A stretch of 62,129 nt of DNA, filler included, from Jimgerdemannia flammicorona (taxonomy: Eukaryota): assembly GCA_003990765.1 (NCBI GenBank). It is 3 parts of 3 records of this genome, joined end to end, with 100 filler letters (N's around TTAATTAATTAA, not from the genome) between each part and the next. Parts side by side here need not be neighbours in the genome. Positions count along the whole stretch, not along the records: positions 20,756 to 41,398 come from RBNJ01001628.1; 2 more parts are not named here. One strand, given 5' to 3'. The position numbers and the translations under genes are program-made. Below are positions 24,118 through 34,731 of this stretch, piece by piece; position 1 is the stretch's first letter; each line of letters begins with the position of its first letter. The notes under the pieces are model-generated. The model saw only the letters and a list, made by a program, of their open reading frames with translations. It searched no databases and had not been told where the DNA came from.

Positions 24118-24999
24118 ATGAGTGAAATTACATTTGACCCCACCCACGCCTATGCTATTGTCATTGGTACAGGCACAAATAAGCATGGCGAAATCTCGAG
24201 AAATTACGAATCGACGATAAACGATGCAATATGCATCAAAAATATTCTTATCCAAATATGCAAATATTCAGAGAGCCAAGTCGAACTTCTTGTTGGCAAA
24301 CAGGCTACATATGAAGCTATAGAAACAGCGTTCGTCAACACCCGAAAACGCATCGAAAAAAACAACGATGATAATGCAATGGTCGTCGTTTTCTTTTCTG
24401 GCCATGGAACACCGAAAAAACTATTCCCATTCGGAGGAAATAGGTTTATAGACGGAGATTTTGTGTATTGTAATATAACCTTGGCAACGAGAGTATTGTT
24501 GTTGATCAATGCGTGCTATTCTGGTAGTTTTATTCCCAACCTGTTTAGCGACCGTCAACGCCAACGACTTTCTCTTTATTACGGGGTTTCAATTATATCT
24601 GCTTCCAGATTAGAGGCCGAAACGGCATATTTATCCAAAGATAAATCGACAACATATAGTCCCTTCACGATAGGACTTGTACAAGCTTTTCGCGGTAAAA
24701 CAAACGCTGACAACGGATTGGTTTATGTGGCCGATCTCCACACACAGTGTGCAACATATGTTAGCGACATAACAAATGGTCATCAATTGCCACAGTTTGA
24801 CTTCATGGGGGAGAATTTTCCAGTCGGATATCACCAATACCCGTTGGATGAATTGGAATTATCACGCGATACTACACAGAAAATCACATCGACTGTACCT
24901 ATTGTAAACAATTATAATGGTTATGTCTATGTGAGTGGTATTAACATGCAGGGAGCTACATTTGGCCCAGGTGCTAATTTCTCTATTATCAATAATTAG
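24118..24999 (+). CDS. Caspase/metacaspase-like peptidase (C14 clan) with N/G-rich C-terminal tail
   Basis: AYAIVIG, TINDA, ATYEAI, VFFSGHG (catalytic His), LINACYSG (catalytic Cys), SPFT; first ATG at 24118. Confidence 0.88.
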   Translation: MSEITFDPTHAYAIVIGTGTNKHGEISRNYESTINDAICIKNILIQICKYSESQVELLVGKQATYEAIETAFVNTRKRIEKNNDDNAMVVVFFSGHGTPKKLFPFGGNRFIDGDFVYCNITLATRVLLLINACYSGSFIPNLFSDRQRQRLSLYYGVSIISASRLEAETAYLSKDKSTTYSPFTIGLVQAFRGKTNADNGLVYVADLHTQCATYVSDITNGHQLPQFDFMGENFPVGYHQYPLDELELSRDTTQKITSTVPIVNNYNGYVYVSGINMQGATFGPGANFSIINN

Positions 25000-25059
25000 A
25001 ACTCAATCGATACGTAGTGTGTGTGTTCAAATAAAGTATATTAAATAAATGTTTTAACG

Positions 25060-25731
25060 TGTATTTGGGCATATCACATTCCAAATTGAACATAATCAAA
25101 TAGTAAAACACCGGCATTATATTGTTTCTGAGTCTTCCAATTAATCAACAGTTTGAATTCGATGGTACCATTATAATATTCCAGTGGAATAGCTATTTTC
25201 TTTCGAAATGTGTACCATCGTTCGAATAAGAACTCGTGAGGAACAATAAATGCCTATATTGTATTACTTTGAGGAAATCCATGTTCGCTATTCATCTGAT
25301 AAAATATTTTTATTGATTTCAAATACTTTGTTCCACAACTTAGCAATTTTAACTGTAGTTCGAATCTATCGGCTTTGGAAGATCCTAGTGTGTATTCGTG
25401 GACAAATCTGTTGCGCGTTTGTGTTGGCGACAAACGGATAACCTTTTTAAATATAGAATCATCGTCGAATGTGCATACGGCATTTCTACGTTGTGGTAAT
25501 GTGGAAAACGAGCGATGGCATTGATAAATTGTAATGTATGCATTTTTCCAGTCGCGTACTGTTGTTGGGGCATATTAATGGAAAATCCAAACGCAGTTTT
25601 TGCATCCAGAACCATTCATCGGTCAAAAAGAAGGTAAATCCGTGATATGCCAGTGCCGCATGTATAATATCGTTTGGTGAGAGGCGATATAGAACATATG
25701 CCAGCAACTCGGTTGGTAAACTGAAAATCAT
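25060..25731 (-). pseudogene. F-box protein pseudogene
   Basis: N-terminal F-box SLPTELLAYVLYRLSPNDI...FW; the frame closes at 25486 and coding-like sequence continues with stops; 3' limit approximate. Confidence 0.6.
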
Positions 25732-25802
25732 TTTTTTTTCTTGTGGGGTATCACATTGTTAAAAAAAAAATCATTCTATATATGAAATTGTACACATCAT
25801 CA

Positions 25803-26624
25803 TCACAAACATTTTATTGGCTGTAACAATTTGTTCCATTCTCTGCGAGCATGGAGAGTATATGGGTGATTGTCCCCATATCTAATACAGAAGATGCAAT
25901 AAGCATATTTAAAATATTCAGATGCAAGCTCAACTTTACCCATGCACCAGCAAATCACGCCAAGACTAGTATAAGACTTGCCTGTTTCTTCATGCTCTGG
26001 TCCCAGATAGCGACTACGAATTCTTAGTCCGTATATGCAAAATTGCCGCGCTCTGTTGATATCGCCGAGTTTCTCATATATTATTCCCAGATTGTATGCG
26101 GCAGTTGCAATGTGCTGATAATCGATATTGAACGTTGGATCCAAAATTCTCATCACCCAACTATAACACTCTTTAGCAGTTTTGAAATTGCCCGAGTTCA
26201 TGTAGATCTTGGCAATCCTAAGCATCTTGATTGCCGTCTCTCGGTGGTTCTCTCCGAATATTTCAACGGTTTGGTTGTAGTCCTGCATGTCGCGACATAT
26301 GCTGTCCAGTGCAGCCAGATCTTTCTGGGATTGTATTGTGTCGGGATGGCTGGGTCCGAGGGTGGCGGCACAAGAACGGTATACCACGCTGTAGAACCTT
26401 TGCGCATTGCTATATTCGCCCAACTGTTCGTAACGATATGCCATATTGACGATCAAGCGCAGTGTGTGTGGATGTCGGGGTCCCAGCTTGAGGGAGAACG
26501 TCTCCAGCGTCTGTATAAACATGCAGTATGTGTACGTATATGAGTTGTTGGCAATAAAGTATCTAATGGTGGCCTTTCTCGACTGCCTCCCCAGCCTCCA
26601 CTCTTTGACGATGATGTCGGACAT
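25803..26624 (-). CDS. Tetratricopeptide-repeat protein (kinesin-light-chain/NLR-type TPRs)
   Basis: LGPRHPHTL, LGPSHPDT, FGENHRETA, LGPEHEETGKSY, YGDNHPYT repeat junctions; first ATG at 26624. Confidence 0.88.
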   Translation of the reverse strand: MSDIIVKEWRLGRQSRKATIRYFIANNSYTYTYCMFIQTLETFSLKLGPRHPHTLRLIVNMAYRYEQLGEYSNAQRFYSVVYRSCAATLGPSHPDTIQSQKDLAALDSICRDMQDYNQTVEIFGENHRETAIKMLRIAKIYMNSGNFKTAKECYSWVMRILDPTFNIDYQHIATAAYNLGIIYEKLGDINRARQFCIYGLRIRSRYLGPEHEETGKSYTSLGVICWCMGKVELASEYFKYAYCIFCIRYGDNHPYTLHARREWNKLLQPIKCL

Positions 26625-26664
26625 TGTCAATGAGACGAAAAAGTGTAACAGCAATTTTAACAAT

Positions 26665-27339
26665 CTATATAGTTAGCGCCTTTCTGTGAAACGATGCAGC
26701 AACACGGTGGTTTCCCTGCCTATTGTAGAGTGCAGCCAGATTGTCCCAGGCAGTTGCTGTCAGCAGATCCTCCTGCTCCAGCATCGCATCGCAAATCATG
26801 GCCATGTCAACATACAATGGAATTGCATCACTGTACAAATTTCGTCGCACGCAAATATTACCGAGATTTTCGATAGTTTGCACTGTGGATATATGGTTCA
26901 AACCTAAAATACGTTTGCGTATACACACTTCTCGTTTGTACATTTTTATAGCATCGTGTGTTTTATGCTGCATTTCATATATTTTCGCCAGATTGTGGCA
27001 TGATTGTGCAATGTGGATTGGCTCCAATGGTTCTTTGTATATCTCAAGTACCCATCTATAGAGAATTTCGGCATGGTTGTATTTGCGTCGATGTTCATAA
27101 ATTGTTGCCAAATTGCTTATCGAGCGAGTCATGTTCAGATAATCCAAATCGTCTTTGGATGCAATGTTGTTAAATATAGATATTGCCAGTTTGTACAGCA
27201 TTTTCGCATCGCCAAACCGCTCCTTACCATGATGTGACATGGCTAGATCATTCAATGCAATTGTCGCATCTCGCTTATCATGTGCTGTCAAGATTCGATC
27301 AATGGTGGTTGTTTCAATTTTATCAAAAAATTCAATCAT
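26665..27339 (-). CDS. Tetratricopeptide-repeat protein
   Basis: ALNDLA, SISNLATIY...AEILY, SCHNLAKIY, LGLNHIST, AWDNLAALYNRQG. Confidence 0.85.
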   Translation of the reverse strand: MIEFFDKIETTTIDRILTAHDKRDATIALNDLAMSHHGKERFGDAKMLYKLAISIFNNIASKDDLDYLNMTRSISNLATIYEHRRKYNHAEILYRWVLEIYKEPLEPIHIAQSCHNLAKIYEMQHKTHDAIKMYKREVCIRKRILGLNHISTVQTIENLGNICVRRNLYSDAIPLYVDMAMICDAMLEQEDLLTATAWDNLAALYNRQGNHRVAASFHRKALTI

Positions 27340-27384
27340 TATTTTATATGACGAGAAGAGGTTGATAACAAAGTATTTAACGTG

Positions 27385-27386
<2 letters not shown>

Positions 27387-27421
<35 letters not shown>
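27387..27421. repeat. (TA)n microsatellite
   Basis: About 17 TA units upstream of the TPR gene. Confidence 0.9.
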
Positions 27422-27423
<2 letters not shown>

Positions 27424-27745
27424 GCAGAATTCAAGCTAGTGCCTATGATAGAGTAGCTTGCAACGTATATATAACATCACTTTCTATAATATGCACTAAG
27501 TAGTATGATGTGGTGGAGCAATAAATAATGAACTGTTGTTGGATCGGGTACATTTAATACATACTAGACTCGACATTTTATTAACTACACAATACTTATA
27601 ACGTTATTGTATGAGAATATAACTATTTTACTAAACACTATTTCTAAATACAAAATTCTATATGATATCTAGTATTCAGAGTTATTGTCTGTTGAATTAA
27701 CACCATGGTCTTATGACTAATCATCCATTTGGGCTGTACCCAATC

Positions 27746-27797
27746 AAAATTCGACGCATAAAAATGCCGAGTTCGACATTTTTATGCGTCGAATTTT
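27746..27797. repeat. Island palindrome (21-bp perfect arms, 10-bp core CCGAGTTCGA)
   Basis: AAAATTCGACGCATAAAAATG / CATTTTTATGCGTCGAATTTT. Confidence 0.93.
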
Positions 27798-27848
27798 ACA
27801 TCATTTCAAGTGTGGCCTCATCGAATATATTTAGTAAGATTGCGATTA

Positions 27849-27900
27849 AAAATTTGACGCATAAAAATGTCAAACTCGACATTTTTATGCGTCAAATTTT
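27849..27900. repeat. Island palindrome (21-bp perfect arms, core TCAAACTCGA)
   Basis: AAAATTTGACGCATAAAAATG / CATTTTTATGCGTCAAATTTT. Confidence 0.93.
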
Positions 27901-28176
27901 AATTGGTGATCACAAGTATTGAAGGTAAGAAAAGTTGATCAGTATCAAAGTGTCAGACTCGATATTTTATACGTTAAATCTCAGATTTTTTATGAGTAGA
28001 TATAATTTACAATATAGGTGTAGTCATACAATCAAACGTAACATATTTATAAAAACGCATATTATCTCAACTCAACGCTCCACACTTATTCGTTCTTGGT
28101 GATCAATCATATATTGTCGATTTTTGAAAACGTTTACAACTCTATAATATGAATTTGACTATCTAGCATTCTCGGG

Positions 28177-28521
28177 CTAACTCATCCAACAAGGAGGCGG
28201 ATCTTCTCCAACAACATTTTCGAGTGACAAGATCTCTATATTGTTATCCATCGTAATACACTTTAATTTTTTTATGTAGTCATCCGGGACGTTTCTGAAT
28301 ATAGTATATGCCCATTTGGCATAATGAAATATATCAATTGCGGCATTTCTGGACTCAACACTCGGGATTGCGGCAAATCGAGTGATAATTATCTCGGCCT
28401 TTTCTTCAAACGGCATTGCATTCCCTAACTTTATAGCCATTTCATTGATCTCTCTACCAATATTGCGATATTTGATTATATTGTCACCTACTGTATTCTG
28501 AACTATGTCTCTGATATACAT
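28177..28521 (-). CDS. Small hypothetical helical protein sharing a motif with the LTR-encoded ORFs
   Basis: 114-aa ORF; YRNIGREI and AKWAYTIFRNVP..YIKKL...ILS. Confidence 0.6.
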   Translation of the reverse strand: MYIRDIVQNTVGDNIIKYRNIGREINEMAIKLGNAMPFEEKAEIIITRFAAIPSVESRNAAIDIFHYAKWAYTIFRNVPDDYIKKLKCITMDNNIEILSLENVVGEDPPPCWMS

Positions 28522-28623
28522 GGTAAGATCAATGTGAGACAGCGAGTGTAGTGGCGAACTCGTAAAAGTTGTTGTATTTATATAAACAATCTAGCTTATT
28601 GTGGAATGAATAAAATTTTATTT

Positions 28624-30141
28624 TCAATGCAATGCGTCATATTCCTCAAAGTATGTGCTGTGATATCCCGGACATCCCCAAAATCGCTGCCACACGTTGC
28701 CTGTGTACAGGAACGCGTATATCTCTTTATACCCACGATGATCCGAATCAAATACACATCCCCGTTTTTTAAACAGCCTTTCAACGAGAATTTTAAAATC
28801 GGGATCGATTTGGCCTTTGGAAATGCTAATTTTTATCGAGTCGATTTGGCTCCATGCATCGAGGTGTTTGATTCCTTTGCCCACGCACGGCGATTCAATG
28901 TATTCGAGCTGCAGTTCGCGCAGACGTGTGCTCGTTGACGTGCAGACAGCAATAAATGCATTGTCCACATTGATGTAGTAAAGCTTGAGATTGGTCAGCA
29001 GCTGGCATTTCGTAATAAACTCGCACATCACGGACGATTTCACATTCTGCTGGACATTGACCGAATTGAGCGTGAGGGTGGCGAGGTAGGGGCATCGGTC
29101 GGCGATCGTCCGAAAAAATATATCGCTAAACGGGCCACCCTTGTGCTTGATCGATATGCTGCATATGTTGTATCCCAAACATCGCGGCAGGTCGCGTGGC
29201 AGGGCGCCAACGAGTCGGACATGCTGCAAGTGTGGCAGAATGAAATTACGATCGGAACAACGCCACTGATGTTGTCTATTTTGGATCTCCAATCGCGTTA
29301 GATTCGTGCACTCGGCTGTAATTGCCGCAACGAGATTGTCGTTGAACAGGTTTGAACAATCGTCGATGTACAGCGTGCGGAGTCGCAACCCCATGGTCCG
29401 AAGTGCTTGCACCAGATGTGCTGGTTCAATGAATGATATGGATGCCAATACCAGATGGCTGAGTTTTGGCAATGCGAGCACGGTCGAAACAAGGGTGCGT
29501 GATCGTTGTGCGAGAAACGATAGTCGGACTGTTCGTAGGGTAGGATGTAATTTCAGTTCTACTGGACCAGGATCTCCTTCGATACACAGTTCGGATAAAT
29601 TGGCACAGCTTGCAAGCATGCTACACCCGATTGCACATCTTGCAAGCATGTTACACTCGATTGCACAGTGGTTATTGGCTATGGTTGGATAATCGCGTCG
29701 ATCGTAGACCAGCGTCAAATTTTTAATTTGATTCCAGCTGATTCGGTCGGTTATGATTTGCAGAGCCGAACAATTGCATGTTGTAAAGAGGCCCGGAGTG
29801 TGGATGCTGTTTGCACTCATCACCAAACGGACGGATTGTACATACTGCAAACCGGGTAACCCATCTCTATTGCGCTGTATGAACCGTGCCAAATGCGCCA
29901 CATCTCGTGGAAGTCCATTTCGGCCATTTAATTTCAGATGCAGTGTGTTCCATATTACCAGCAACGCACATCGGCGCAATAGCGTCGAAACTTTGGAACA
30001 TGGAATGAGCGACGATCGTCTATTAGAGTTTTGAAAATATAGATAGAATATGTCTTCTGTAGGTTGATGATCATTTAGATACTCGGTTCGTTTAATGATT
30101 TGAAATATTTTTATCCATATTTCTGGAGGTAGTGACACCAT
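28624..30141 (-). CDS. F-box/leucine-rich-repeat protein
   Basis: SLPPEIWIKIF...CSKVS..LRR.AL..IW F-box; Cys-containing LRRs (CANLSELCI, CTNLTRLEI, CPYLATLTL, CQLLTNLKL). Confidence 0.9.
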   Translation of the reverse strand: MVSLPPEIWIKIFQIIKRTEYLNDHQPTEDIFYLYFQNSNRRSSLIPCSKVSTLLRRCALLVIWNTLHLKLNGRNGLPRDVAHLARFIQRNRDGLPGLQYVQSVRLVMSANSIHTPGLFTTCNCSALQIITDRISWNQIKNLTLVYDRRDYPTIANNHCAIECNMLARCAIGCSMLASCANLSELCIEGDPGPVELKLHPTLRTVRLSFLAQRSRTLVSTVLALPKLSHLVLASISFIEPAHLVQALRTMGLRLRTLYIDDCSNLFNDNLVAAITAECTNLTRLEIQNRQHQWRCSDRNFILPHLQHVRLVGALPRDLPRCLGYNICSISIKHKGGPFSDIFFRTIADRCPYLATLTLNSVNVQQNVKSSVMCEFITKCQLLTNLKLYYINVDNAFIAVCTSTSTRLRELQLEYIESPCVGKGIKHLDAWSQIDSIKISISKGQIDPDFKILVERLFKKRGCVFDSDHRGYKEIYAFLYTGNVWQRFWGCPGYHSTYFEEYDALH

Positions 30142-30365
30142 GATTTAAAAATTGTACAACTTTACATGTTTTTTTCCAAAAATTAAATCAATATTTCTTC
30201 ATACTCATCATTTCATCATAAGTTTCGGTGATCACGTGTATATGTATTGTAAAAAATTATATTGGGCACACGATGAAATATTTTGGGCACACATGAAATG
30301 TGTACCACAAAGAACTAATATATAATTTAACAACGCGTGGACTGTGCCAACATGTCCTCGCAAAC

Positions 30366-32132
30366 ATGTCTCCACACACTAGACGAAACACTACTATTAA
30401 AAAGTCTAGATTACACCATCACGGCCGTCATCTACTCAACATAATAGGTGATTATGGCAGATATAGCGAAATGACTGTGTTGGCGACCCAAGAGTTAGCC
30501 AAGGAGTACACCAGACTTGGACAATACGAGAAAGCACTCAACTTGTACAAAAAAATTAGCGCTATTCAAAAAAAGCTACCAGCCCAGTCAAAGTACCCAC
30601 ACCGATCGCGGAATCTGGAGAGGATTGCCGAGATGCTTTGCAATCTGAATCGACATGCGGAATCGAGAGAGTATTATATACAGGCTCTCAATATACAGCA
30701 AGCGAATCTGTGTGTCGATGATACACAGGTTATCCAGACCATGCTGATGATAGCAACAAGCTACTGCTACGAGAGGCGATTTGACGCGGGTGTCGACCTG
30801 TGCAAACGCATACTGGACATGCAGACACCATCGGACTCGCTGAGGGCAAGAACTCTCATGACTCTGGGCGTCATGTACTCTGGATGGGACGAGCATTTGG
30901 ACGAGTCTGAAACTTGTTATCGCGAAGCAGCCAACATCTTTGATGCGCTAGGCGAACCGCTATCGAGAGAGGTGTTTGCTCGATTGATGGGCGACTTGAG
31001 CTTCCGACAGAAGCGGTATATCGATGCCGAAACGCATTACACCGTTTTGCGGAATGTTGCATCAGATAAAGGTATGGCCCTGCTCCGGCTTTGCATTATC
31101 TATCGCGAATTAAATCTGTTTGCCGACGGGGAGAAGGCGGGGGGCGAGGCGATTGTGGAACTTGCCGACACTGTCCATGCAACGGACGCCTATATGCAGC
31201 TGGGATTGTTGCATCTCGAATGGCGCAACTTGGACAAGGCGGAGGAATTCTTGGCCGTTGCAGACATGAAATGGGACGTTACACGGCAGCGGCGAACAGA
31301 CATTCCGGTACAATATCTCACAGACGTGTACATCGAGCGTGGTAACTTTGCGAAAGCAGCAGAACTGCAAATTCGACAGAGTTCAATCTACGCCGATTGG
31401 AAAATGGCAGACGAGGCTGAACAGTGTTTGGTGCGAGCGGCAGAATTACTGCGAGCGGCAGAATTGCTGCGAGCGGCCGATTCAGCGAGATTAGACATAG
31501 CCGTATTGTGGATGGACTTGGGTAAAATTCGATTCAAGCGAAATCCGCTGGACAGATTCGTCGAGACGTGCTTCGACACAGGATTTTCCATAGCAAAGGA
31601 TTTGGCGGATGTTAATTTTAACGAAATTGTGGCATTTGTCAACGGCCTACTCGTATTTTACGCGCAATATGTCAAATATGCGCAGAAAACGTGGACAATA
31701 TTAATGGATCTATATCAAATCGCGATTAGTCGCGGTAATCGAAGATGTGAAATGCACGCTGTTCGAAGAGTAGTTGATTTTCTTATGAAATATCAGCGCT
31801 ATCATATCGCCGAATGTTGGTGTTGCCAACTAGTTGAAATTCAGAAATGTGTCGAAGGGTATGAACACGAAAACACAATCAATGTGTTAATCGTCCTGGC
31901 GACGATATATCAGCGCCTAGATCTGAATGGGACCGCATTGTGGTGTTGGCGAGAAATAGATGTTATGCAAAGTTCGAAACACATGATTGAAAAATTAGAA
32001 CGTAAGAAATCCGAGTTGTGGTGTTGGCGGGATATAGATGTTATGCAAAGTCCAAAACACCTGATTAAAAAATTAGAACGTAGGGAAATGGAGTTGATGG
32101 CGCTGTCATTTCCGAAATTCTTTTGTATCTAG
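30366..32132 (+). CDS. Tetratricopeptide-repeat protein
   Basis: LAKEYTRLGQYEKALNLY, YYIQALNIQ, LGLLHLEWRNLDKAEEF, EGYEHENTI; internal duplications RAAELL x2 and a 26-aa C-terminal repeat. Confidence 0.85.
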   Translation: MSPHTRRNTTIKKSRLHHHGRHLLNIIGDYGRYSEMTVLATQELAKEYTRLGQYEKALNLYKKISAIQKKLPAQSKYPHRSRNLERIAEMLCNLNRHAESREYYIQALNIQQANLCVDDTQVIQTMLMIATSYCYERRFDAGVDLCKRILDMQTPSDSLRARTLMTLGVMYSGWDEHLDESETCYREAANIFDALGEPLSREVFARLMGDLSFRQKRYIDAETHYTVLRNVASDKGMALLRLCIIYRELNLFADGEKAGGEAIVELADTVHATDAYMQLGLLHLEWRNLDKAEEFLAVADMKWDVTRQRRTDIPVQYLTDVYIERGNFAKAAELQIRQSSIYADWKMADEAEQCLVRAAELLRAAELLRAADSARLDIAVLWMDLGKIRFKRNPLDRFVETCFDTGFSIAKDLADVNFNEIVAFVNGLLVFYAQYVKYAQKTWTILMDLYQIAISRGNRRCEMHAVRRVVDFLMKYQRYHIAECWCCQLVEIQKCVEGYEHENTINVLIVLATIYQRLDLNGTALWCWREIDVMQSSKHMIEKLERKKSELWCWRDIDVMQSPKHLIKKLERREMELMALSFPKFFCI

Positions 32133-33268
32133 TTTATTAATCCGAGGTATTTGGATAGTTGCATAGAATACATATCGGTCCAACACGAGATTGTATTTGG
32201 ATTTATACTTGGATATATGTGGTATTGCAAATTCTGCTGTTCACTCAGTCTCTCTAGCAACGTTGTGGTTTTGCTCCATTGACGTACGCCCTCCAACTCC
32301 AAACATTGCAGATTTATAAAGGCGCTAATATCATTCACATCATCTCCAGTAATTGCGAGATTATCGGACGATATTCGCAACTCTTGTAAATTGTATGCTT
32401 TGGATGCACAACTGCGGAGAAAATAATCATCGATTCCGCCAATGTCGTAGAACGATATTTTGGTTAGCCGTGTACATTTATCAATTAATTGGCAGATTGT
32501 ACGTCTGTTTGTACGCGAACTATCAAGTGCAGTGATTGAGATGGACGATAGTTTGGGACAGCTATTCGAAATGGCATCAATCAGATCGTCGATAGGACAA
32601 TTTCTACACTGTGTCAGATGTATAGATTGTAAATGCTGACCTCGATCGTTGATCAGACTACAAAGATCGGATGAATTATCGAATCGAATATATCCAAAAT
32701 CTATAGCTCGAGGCACCACATTGGCCAACGCCGATTTGAAATTATCTATCGGGGTATAAGTTGAATAAATGTGCCTTATACGTAGATATTGCAACGATCT
32801 TGAAAAAGTTGGTAATGTAATTCTCGGAGATTCCATCAAGTAGAATAAATTGAAACTGATGAGATTATTTGCACCGAAAAAGAACTCAATGGTCCTGTAT
32901 ATGGATAGATATGGAATTTCACTCAAAATTCTAACGTGTTTGAGCTCATCCATCGGTAGACATTTTAATATACTATCAACGTTTGAAATTTCTTGTGGAT
33001 CATCACCATAGATCTTGATGTCCACGTCTCTGGTAAACTCGAGTAGAGATTTCCATTCATGAAATTTTGAAAATTTTATAGCATTGCAATCTACGGTAAT
33101 AGTCATCATAGTTTCTACCATTTCGATCTCGATTTGATTCCATATCAATGGTGTTGTGAGTGTATACCATGATCGGCATACTCTTGAACAGTCAGCCAAA
33201 CTTTTCTGATCGTAAAGAATGTCAAAAATCAATAGTAACACTTCGTTGGAAAGTGTGTATATACACAT
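32129..33268 (-). CDS. F-box/leucine-rich-repeat protein
   Basis: TLSNEVLLLIFDIL...CSRVCRSWY...PLIW F-box; LRRs CPKLSSISI, CTRLTKISF, NLQELRI. Confidence 0.9.
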   Translation of the reverse strand: MCIYTLSNEVLLLIFDILYDQKSLADCSRVCRSWYTLTTPLIWNQIEIEMVETMMTITVDCNAIKFSKFHEWKSLLEFTRDVDIKIYGDDPQEISNVDSILKCLPMDELKHVRILSEIPYLSIYRTIEFFFGANNLISFNLFYLMESPRITLPTFSRSLQYLRIRHIYSTYTPIDNFKSALANVVPRAIDFGYIRFDNSSDLCSLINDRGQHLQSIHLTQCRNCPIDDLIDAISNSCPKLSSISITALDSSRTNRRTICQLIDKCTRLTKISFYDIGGIDDYFLRSCASKAYNLQELRISSDNLAITGDDVNDISAFINLQCLELEGVRQWSKTTTLLERLSEQQNLQYHIYPSINPNTISCWTDMYSMQLSKYLGLIN

Positions 33269-33357
33269 AATAATGTATTGTATTCTATATGTGTGGGAAA
33301 TGTTGTATTTATGTCAACTTTCGGCTAATTAATAATCCGTGCTGTTGCCCAATAATA

Positions 33358-33403
33358 TTTTGACGCATAAAAATGCTAGACTCGACATTTTTATGCGTTA
33401 AAT
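33358..33403. repeat. Island palindrome (core CTAGACTCGA)
   Basis: TTTTGACGCATAAAAATG-CTAGACTCGA-CATTTTTATGCGTTAAAT. Confidence 0.9.
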
Positions 33404-33536
33404 TTCTTATCATCGTCATCAGCCCATCACCCCCCCCCCTCCCCCACCCAATGCTGTCTGCCACAAATCGCTTTATAAGTCTGAACGTATTTTATACAAA
33501 TTTATTTGAGATAATATGAAGAGCCAGGATATATAA

Positions 33537-34623
33537 CTATATCAAGGATACATTTGAAAAAACTGACAAATCCAAACAAACTGGCTGGAATTCGTGCAGC
33601 TTGCAATAAGGATGATGATAATTCCTCAGCTGTGATTCACCACGATCGATAGCATCGCTAATCCTATGAATCAGCTCAGGTATATTGTATATACCTAGCG
33701 ATCCATCGCGTGCTCGTTCTTGCAATATGCGCAAAACGTCTATATATTTTTCAATGTTAATAATCATTTGAGTGTTGATCGTCTGCCATTTCCTATTCAC
33801 ACTTTCTATTTCTTGAATCTGTGAATTTTCACGGCTTGATCCACCACGCCATGTATCCAGCGAATTTAAAATTTGGTTGACTAGCTGGATCTTGATGACA
33901 TTTCCAAACATGAACTTTTGGATTCTGCGGTGCGGAAGATTGTGTCGACGAATAACCTCCTCATTATCAATCGATTTTTGTAAAGCTGTGAGATATTCTT
34001 GAAGTTGCCAGTGTCTATTTTAAAACAATTAACTATTAGTTTTTTTCCGGTTATTTAAAATACCTTTTTGAAAAAATATATACTCACAGAATATAACGGT
34101 TTGAAACCTTTTCCACAATCCTTTCCAACGTTCTTTCCATATCGGCCACATAGTTATTCGATACAATATCGGGTAAGTTAACCAGATCGCGGTCAGTTAG
34201 TACAAAGCGCATGTGTTTGACAGATGCTATGAAGAGGGTGATATCGGCGCTGGTGGATGCCTGGAATATATGACTCTGTCTATCAATCTCATCGATCGTG
34301 TCTTTAATGATGATCAACAATCCAACAAGAGTTCCCTTTCCACCGATACTGAAAGATTCAGTGGAATTTATGATGGAAAACAGGTCATATATGCCCATTC
34401 GCAGGTTTCTAAACTCTTTTCGCATTGCCGGTTCATTGTATCCGCTCACCGACAGATATGCCAACTGTGTTGACACGAGTCTATCTATATGGAACTCGGT
34501 GATATCACTGGACTGTGCAGTTCCATCAATAGACTTTAAATCGGTCGACTTGTAGTGCGCGCTGGATATGAAAAAGATCGTGCAAGACACGATAAAAATC
34601 GCTAATAACATGCGTCGTATCAT
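33537..34623 (-). CDS. Predicted secreted or membrane-anchored helical protein, two exons (337 aa)
   Basis: Hydrophobic N-terminus MLLAIFIVSCTIFFISSA; intron 34015..34087 (GTGAGT...ACTAAT...TAG) joins ORFs 34084..34623 and 33537..33911 in frame. Confidence 0.72.
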
Positions 34624-34731
34624 GTTTGCTCCAGCGCAATAATCACAAGGTACCGTATTTTATTATGGAAATCATGTGCACACTGTTCACACGGTTTTAG
34701 ACACAGATAATTTATTATGGTAATACAGGTA

